IMG/VR virus record: IMGVR_UViG_3300020046_005360
Length of the DNA stretch: 64,000 nucleotides
Reading direction: 5' to 3' (one strand)
DNA from: a virus
Taxonomy: Duplodnaviria; Caudoviricetes
Shown one piece after another: positions 58,466 through 64,000 of this stretch. The notes under the pieces are model-generated. The model ran no database searches, was not told the DNA's origin, and saw only the letters and a list, made by a program, of their open reading frames with translations. The translations under genes were made by a program, and so were the position numbers. Positions within the stretch are counted from its first letter, which is position 1, and each line of letters opens with the position of its first letter.

Positions 58466-60154
58466 CTAATTTTGACTAATAGTAATGTTATTGTTTATTA
58501 TTTTTATATTAAATTTTTCAGAATATATAAATTTATAAGCTGCTTCTATTTCTTGAGGTTGGTAACCTTTTTGAATTAATGATTTGGATAATACTTGTAA
58601 TCTATTTTGTAGTAAAACAGACCTATCATTAGAACTATAGAATTTATTTATATTATTAACAATACGTTTAATTTGATCTACTTTATCTTGATTTATATAA
58701 GTATTATTACCATTTATTAAGTTGTATAATTTTTTATCTTCTGGATTGTTTTGTATTTGTTCTAATAGCAATTTATTTACTTCATTTTCTTTATTAGATG
58801 CTTCTTCTAAAGTAGTAGACTTCATACCTACTTGGGATAATAATATTGATGCTTCTTCATCTGTTATATTATCGCGACCATCATCTCCAGTTCCTAATTC
58901 ATCTTTTTTATCTATAAAAAACTGTCCCTCTTTAATTAATATCTGATCATCACTAGCATATGTAGGAGTTCCTTCATATTCTAATATATCTTGTGAATTC
59001 GTTACTATAACTCTTCTTCTTATTAAACTAGTATTATTATCTGTTGTTTCTTCTTTAAGTATATTAATATTATATCCTTTATATAAAGATGAATTATTTG
59101 AAGATTCTTTTATTGAAGGAAACATATCTTCTAATATTGTTATATTATTATTTAAAGTGTCTATGCTTTTTTTAACTTCATCTAATATAATATCATTATT
59201 AAAATAAGAACAGGCACTTAAATTTTCATATAATTGATTTAATCCAATTAATAACATAAATATTTCATCTCTTATTCTTTTAATTTGTTTAGTAACTGAT
59301 TGAGATAGAAATATTGAAACGCTATTTAGTAATTTACTTAAATCAGATATATCAGTTTCAAATTTTCCTACTTTGGTTGATGATGTTACTATCATTCCCG
59401 ATGTTACATATTTCGCCGGTATTGGAAGTTTTTGGATAATTTTAGAGGAAATTTTAAATATCTTTATTAAGACATTTATCGATTTAATTATTTTATTAAT
59501 TAATATGACTATATTTTGTATTTGTAATATAGATTTATTTATATTATTAACTGTTTTAATAAGTTTAAGTAATCCAGATCTAAATCTTTCTGGTTTGATG
59601 AAATTAGAAAGTTTTTGATTTAATGAAGCTGCTTTACTAGAAATTAATGCTTCTGTTAGATTTATAGGATTAGATAAAGGAATTAATCTATTGGCAAAAG
59701 ATTTAATTAATTTCTTTTTATCATTAGTTGATAAAATAGTATTAGTTATTACTAAAGAATCATTTGAATCTTGTAATAATTTAGTTAATCCATCTCCCCC
59801 AGGAATAATATCTTTTAATTCTTCAGGAAGAATCAGATCTTCTAATGACAATCTTATTTCTTCAATATCATCTAAAATACTATTATTATTTGGATTTATT
59901 TCTAATTTAGTTGTTACCTTATTTATAAACCCAGTTACCTTACCTCCATATTTTTTTAATAAATTATCTACTAATCCTTCTGGGGGTAGTGATTTTGTTA
60001 AAATATAACCTAAAGGATTACAAAAATCTATTGAATTTAACTCTCTAACAAACTCATTTATATTAAATAATATATCCAGAACATTTTCCACAATATTATT
60101 TATCTTTTTAGGAAGTTTATCTAATAATATATTTGAAAATTTAGTAGTGTTCAT
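58466..60154 (-). CDS. Hypothetical helical protein in baseplate module
   Basis: 562-aa ORF with long amphipathic helices. Confidence 0.55.
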   Translation of the reverse strand: MNTTKFSNILLDKLPKKINNIVENVLDILFNINEFVRELNSIDFCNPLGYILTKSLPPEGLVDNLLKKYGGKVTGFINKVTTKLEINPNNNSILDDIEEIRLSLEDLILPEELKDIIPGGDGLTKLLQDSNDSLVITNTILSTNDKKKLIKSFANRLIPLSNPINLTEALISSKAASLNQKLSNFIKPERFRSGLLKLIKTVNNINKSILQIQNIVILINKIIKSINVLIKIFKISSKIIQKLPIPAKYVTSGMIVTSSTKVGKFETDISDLSKLLNSVSIFLSQSVTKQIKRIRDEIFMLLIGLNQLYENLSACSYFNNDIILDEVKKSIDTLNNNITILEDMFPSIKESSNNSSLYKGYNINILKEETTDNNTSLIRRRVIVTNSQDILEYEGTPTYASDDQILIKEGQFFIDKKDELGTGDDGRDNITDEEASILLSQVGMKSTTLEEASNKENEVNKLLLEQIQNNPEDKKLYNLINGNNTYINQDKVDQIKRIVNNINKFYSSNDRSVLLQNRLQVLSKSLIQKGYQPQEIEAAYKFIYSEKFNIKIINNNITISQN

Positions 60155-60157
60155 TAA

Positions 60158-60574
60158 TTATAATGTAAAATTTTGAGTTGAATTTATTGTTTTTAAGAGA
60201 ATTTTTACTCGTTTAGTAGATTTTATTAAAGAATTTCCGGCTGTTTGAACTGAGGGGATTGGATTCCCATTACTATCTGTAGCTGTAAATAGTTGGTTTC
60301 CTACATTTTCTAAATCTGATAATAGTTTTGTCATCATATTATAGAATTTATTTCCACGAACTAATGGTTCAGAAGCTTCTAATCCCAGTTGAATTTTTGA
60401 TGAATTTACTATAAAATCTTTAGCAGTATTTAAGTGTATCCCCTCATTTGATGATAATCCTATAACTTTGTTGGAAAATAAGAATATAGAGTCATTCCTA
60501 GAATTAAATATAATTCTATCGGATGAATATATTATTTGATTACCATTATATGGAAATTGAGGTGTATAAGCCAT
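60158..60574 (-). CDS. Baseplate spike/hub C-terminal-like protein
   Basis: Short beta-repeat pattern (QIIYSSDRIIFNS...IQLG) and EPLVRG. Confidence 0.5.
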   Translation of the reverse strand: MAYTPQFPYNGNQIIYSSDRIIFNSRNDSIFLFSNKVIGLSSNEGIHLNTAKDFIVNSSKIQLGLEASEPLVRGNKFYNMMTKLLSDLENVGNQLFTATDSNGNPIPSVQTAGNSLIKSTKRVKILLKTINSTQNFTL

Positions 60575-61365
60575 TAAAATGAGTTGGATTCAGGTATTAT
60601 TAATTGAGAGTTAAAACTGTTTGATAATGTTATATTGAATGATTCAAGATTTTTACATGATAATTCTAAAGGAATCTCTTGCCCGGATGTCAAATACATT
60701 GAAGATCCATCACTATTTATATCTTCATATGTAGGTACCCATGGAGATGAATCTGGTTGTATTATTTGCCCATTTCGAATTATAACAATTGGATCTCCAT
60801 CTTCTCCTACACTACTCCAAGGATTATTTGATTTTTTGGCTGTTGAAGTAAATCTTATTGAGTTACCAAATCTCCCCTCTATAATAACGTCTCCTTCTTC
60901 TGGTAATAAATTTCTTATTCCTTCTTTTTCTTTAAATGTTTCCCCCAAATTTAAATCTTTAGGATCAAACTCATAATTAGGGATATCTGGAAATGGGTTT
61001 ATATGATTACTATTCCATATTCCTATAGGGTAAGGGAAATAATAAAATTCTGTTGCGTTCGGATTTTCATTTAAATTATTAGAAGGAGCCGTTAATATTA
61101 ATATAATTTCCTCTTTTAAAGGATATTGTTTTATATTTGTAAATAAGGGTTTAGCATATGAATTAGATATAGTATCTATATCCACAGACGAATTAATAGG
61201 TTTAAATTGAATAGTTCCTAAATCAGCCCAACCTTTTAATTTTTTGAATAATTTTTGATTATTATTCAATAGAATATCTTTAACTCGAGCAGGAAATAAT
61301 AAATTATTATATTTTATAGACCCCCCATTAGAATCAGATTTATCAAAAGTAGGATACCAACTCAT
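60574..61365 (-). CDS. Baseplate spike/hub N-terminal-like protein (gp5-like)
   Basis: ARVKDI...YAKP...YPL..E.I (OB-fold-like) and EGDVIIEGRFGNSIRF. Confidence 0.5.
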   Translation of the reverse strand: MSWYPTFDKSDSNGGSIKYNNLLFPARVKDILLNNNQKLFKKLKGWADLGTIQFKPINSSVDIDTISNSYAKPLFTNIKQYPLKEEIILILTAPSNNLNENPNATEFYYFPYPIGIWNSNHINPFPDIPNYEFDPKDLNLGETFKEKEGIRNLLPEEGDVIIEGRFGNSIRFTSTAKKSNNPWSSVGEDGDPIVIIRNGQIIQPDSSPWVPTYEDINSDGSSMYLTSGQEIPLELSCKNLESFNITLSNSFNSQLIIPESNSF

Positions 61366-61706
61366 TATACAACATTTAATTTTTTAACACTGTCTAATAA
61401 TTGTTCCTTTTCATCATCAGATAATCCTAAACTTCCATCTTCATTTTGTTTATTAGCTAGCATAGCTTTTTGAACGATCATTGCCATTTTAATTAAATTA
61501 TCATCATTTTTTACTGATACATCAATATATGATTTAATTAAAGGGACTATTATAACAGCATCCCCAGGAGTTGATATAAGTGGTTTTAAATCTGCAATTA
61601 ACTGTTTGATTTCCTCTTCTTTATCTTGGGTTTTTTGATGGATTTCTTTTAGTATGTCAGAGAAATTTTTCTTTCCATATAAAATTATGTCTTTAAAATC
61701 ATTCAT
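61365..61706 (-). CDS. Hypothetical helical protein
   Basis: ORF track; TATTTATA at 61723-61730. Confidence 0.55.
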   Translation of the reverse strand: MNDFKDIILYGKKNFSDILKEIHQKTQDKEEEIKQLIADLKPLISTPGDAVIIVPLIKSYIDVSVKNDDNLIKMAMIVQKAMLANKQNEDGSLGLSDDEKEQLLDSVKKLNVV

Positions 61707-61739
61707 AATAGTATTATTTTAATATAAATATGGATTCTA

Positions 61740-62486
61740 TTAAAAATTAAGCGAAATCCAACCGTATTCTAAATATTGATTATTTAATCTACTATATATC
61801 TTGTGGATTTTTTTTATTATTTTAGTTATTTGAGGTGTTTCTTGGTTAGTCATCTCTCTAATGTAAATAAATAGGGCTTTTTTATTAAATATTTCTATAT
61901 ATTCTCTACGTTTAAATAATTCAATTATTGCTACACACGACTTATAATCTTCTTCATCTTTAAAAATATTAGAACCATGCGTATCTATATATTGTATAAA
62001 TTTATCCATTACATAATTTTCATCATTAAATGGTTTATCATTTTTATTTGGATTATTAATTAAATCTATTACAAGACTTTTTTCATCATCTATACCTTCT
62101 AAATTATCAGTACCAAGGATTTTTTTATATTGAGCGTTATTGTTGTTAATAAGATAATATTTTACTATAGTACCGAAATATGAATACGCAGCTCCTTTAT
62201 CTTGAGAATATAAATGTAATTTCTCTAATAAATGGTGAATACATTCTTGTTGAATATCTTCAACAGTGCCGTCCATATAAGGGAATTTAAAAGTATTAAT
62301 TATATTTTGAGTGAGTTTAAAGAAAGGGTAATCAATACGATCTTTATATAATTTATTTCGATGACGTTGATCTTTTGATCTTACATATTCAAGGATAGCT
62401 TCTTCAGTATCTTTAGTAAAATAATATATTTTTTGTTTAGGTTTACGTTTACGTACGGTACCTTTTTTTGTTAATTCTTGCTCCAT
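61740..62486 (-). CDS. Phage sigma factor, T4 gp55-like
   Basis: Sigma region-2-like EDIQQEC...L..Y...KG.AYSYFGTI; N-terminal K.YF. Confidence 0.65.
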   Translation of the reverse strand: MEQELTKKGTVRKRKPKQKIYYFTKDTEEAILEYVRSKDQRHRNKLYKDRIDYPFFKLTQNIINTFKFPYMDGTVEDIQQECIHHLLEKLHLYSQDKGAAYSYFGTIVKYYLINNNNAQYKKILGTDNLEGIDDEKSLVIDLINNPNKNDKPFNDENYVMDKFIQYIDTHGSNIFKDEEDYKSCVAIIELFKRREYIEIFNKKALFIYIREMTNQETPQITKIIKKIHKIYSRLNNQYLEYGWISLNF

Positions 62487-62613
62487 ATTATAATAGGTAT
62501 ATTTTAATGAAATATAATACGAACAGGGAAGTTAATATCCTAATTTTTATTAGAAAAAAGAACCCACTATTTCTAGTGGGGTAAATTAAGGTGTGAGAAT
62601 ACCTTAAGGCAGA

Positions 62614-62910
62614 CTAAATAAATTCATCCAATTCTCTTATTCTATCTTCTGCAATATATATTCTGGATCTAATTACACCTATTAATTCTGATATTAATTA
62701 TTTTATTGTTTCTGATGATTTCTTAATATCACCACTCGATTTACATGATTCTTCGTAATTTCTTATACCAGCTTTATTATTAATATGGTCTAATTTATCA
62801 TTATTAGATCCTAATAAACTCACTATATTTTCTAATTCTTGTATAGTACTAGATAAAAATGTTTGTTGACCTGGTTCTGCTAAGTATTCTTTTCCTTGTA
62901 TTTCTTTCAT
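62614..62910 (-). CDS. Small coiled-coil protein; TAA at 62698-62700 is followed by 27 in-frame codons
   Basis: ORF 62698..62910 plus LISELIGVIRSRIYIAEDRIRELDEFI*. Confidence 0.45.
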
Positions 62911-62915
62911 AATTT

Positions 62916-63206
62916 TTATTTTACAAATTTTATATATCCTTCTAATTGTTCTGATAATTCTTTCATTGTAGTAAAGAAGAAACCTACCTCATCATCTCCT
63001 TGAAATATTCCTGCTTTATCTATTTGTTTAATCTTGGTACTAGTATATGTAATAACTTCATATATCTCGTTAATATAAGTGTTTTGTTTCTCAACAATTT
63101 CAGTTAATTTTCTATTCTTGATAATTAGACTTCTAACTAACCAAATCCCAACTCCTAATATTAGGAGTCCAAATTGGATTCCTAAAAATAACCAAATGTT
63201 TATCAT
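62916..63206 (-). CDS. Membrane protein
   Basis: N-terminal TM; F..DDEVGFFF motif. Confidence 0.6.
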   Translation of the reverse strand: MINIWLFLGIQFGLLILGVGIWLVRSLIIKNRKLTEIVEKQNTYINEIYEVITYTSTKIKQIDKAGIFQGDDEVGFFFTTMKELSEQLEGYIKFVK

Positions 63207-63334
63207 TGTTTTTCTTTTTTAATTTTACGTTCTAACCATAATATATAATTAGTATTATTAGTTAAAAATAATGCTTCTATTTTAGAAACGTTTTTATTCT
63301 TTTGCTCTAATTCAAATTGTTCTCTTAAACTCAT
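63203..63334 (-). CDS. 43-aa hypothetical protein
   Basis: Own translation MSLREQFE...YILWLERKIKKEKQ; ATGA overlaps on both sides. Confidence 0.5.
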   Translation of the reverse strand: MSLREQFELEQKNKNVSKIEALFLTNNTNYILWLERKIKKEKQ

Positions 63335-63993
63335 TTTATTAATTTTTTATCAGTTTGATATTGTTGTTCAAATTCTATTGTAGCAGCTATCATATCAGCT
63401 TGATGTAAAACGTGAGGTAATACTGTACGGAATCTGGCTTCCGGAGTATAAGCTTTTATATAGGCTTCATTAGCTTGATCATAAAGTCCATCATGGGTTT
63501 TAATTGCAATCCATTCATTTTGAGATAATCCGATTTCATGTTGTTGCAATAAAAACAAAGAACGATCAGGAATAGACATAAATGAAAGTTTAGTATTATG
63601 AGTGTATAATTCTCCTAAATTTTCAGTTCTCCATTTATCAGTTGAAGGAGTATAGGCTTCATTAAACATATCTCCCATTTTACCAAGGTCATGATTAATT
63701 GCAGAAAAAATTAATTCCTCAAGAGTATAAGATTCTTGACTAGCTCCCATTACACCCCACAGTTTATGTAAGTATAAAGCAGCTTTAACTACTTTATTCA
63801 CATGGAATACGTAGCCCCCCTCTCCACAGCTATGATATTTAGTCATATTAGATGCGGGCATAACACAAATACGTTCTTCATATTTTTTGTAAAAATCAAG
63901 TAACTGATTCTTCCTATTTCCAGTAATATATTTTTCAATATTTTCATTAAACTCATTCCAGTTATCTAGAATTTCTTGTGCACTTAATTTCAT
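63331..63993 (-). CDS. HD-domain phosphohydrolase
   Basis: H...GG...H, HDLGK, HDG and HQAD motifs. Confidence 0.85.
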   Translation of the reverse strand: MKLSAQEILDNWNEFNENIEKYITGNRKNQLLDFYKKYEERICVMPASNMTKYHSCGEGGYVFHVNKVVKAALYLHKLWGVMGASQESYTLEELIFSAINHDLGKMGDMFNEAYTPSTDKWRTENLGELYTHNTKLSFMSIPDRSLFLLQQHEIGLSQNEWIAIKTHDGLYDQANEAYIKAYTPEARFRTVLPHVLHQADMIAATIEFEQQYQTDKKLIK

Positions 63994-64000
63994 AATTTTT

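Noticed and set aside
1460-60976. All plus-strand ORFs in the track, and nested minus-strand ORFs 18889..19074 and 39419..39673
   Set aside because: Shadow frames of well-supported minus-strand genes with no recognisable motifs; 5340..5552 spans regulatory DNA.
1-64000. Alternative genetic code, tRNA or rRNA genes
   Set aside because: Long intact ORFs end in TAA, TAG and TGA with tight packing; no cloverleaf or rRNA-like sequence recognised by eye.

Overview
A 64-kb, very AT-rich segment of a large T4-like (probably jumbo) myophage. Nearly all genes are on the minus strand and use the standard code. The host is probably Bacteroidota, inferred from SprB-like repeats and TAnnTTTG-like promoter motifs. 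In transcription order (right to left) the window holds: an HD hydrolase and a gp55-like sigma factor; baseplate/tail genes; primase and exonuclease; a ~25-kb accessory region (kinases, HAD nucleotidase, RNA ligase, phosphoesterase, sirtuin, flavoprotein and many unknowns); then intein-containing terminase, portal, prohead protease, scaffold, major capsid, PhoH and a partial neck gene. At least seven free-standing homing-endonuclease-like genes are interspersed. Main finding: the peptide E-I-K-[VI]-N-x-P occurs 19 times in 9 otherwise unrelated ORFs, each time opening a variable ~50-190 aa module, and three unannotated micro-ORFs start directly with M-K-[VI]-N-N-P-N. Carrier proteins also share a motif with the scaffold C-terminus (R[LM]QQLAGI) and 'LK..IKE'-type leaders. 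Together this suggests a prohead-protease-processed, capsid-packaged modular cargo system with a common N-terminal tag. Second finding: three endonuclease insertions leave an orphaned, diverged copy of the target gene's 5' end upstream, and three GIY-YIG genes share a portable hairpin+promoter cassette. All functional calls come from motif recognition by eye; no searches were run.
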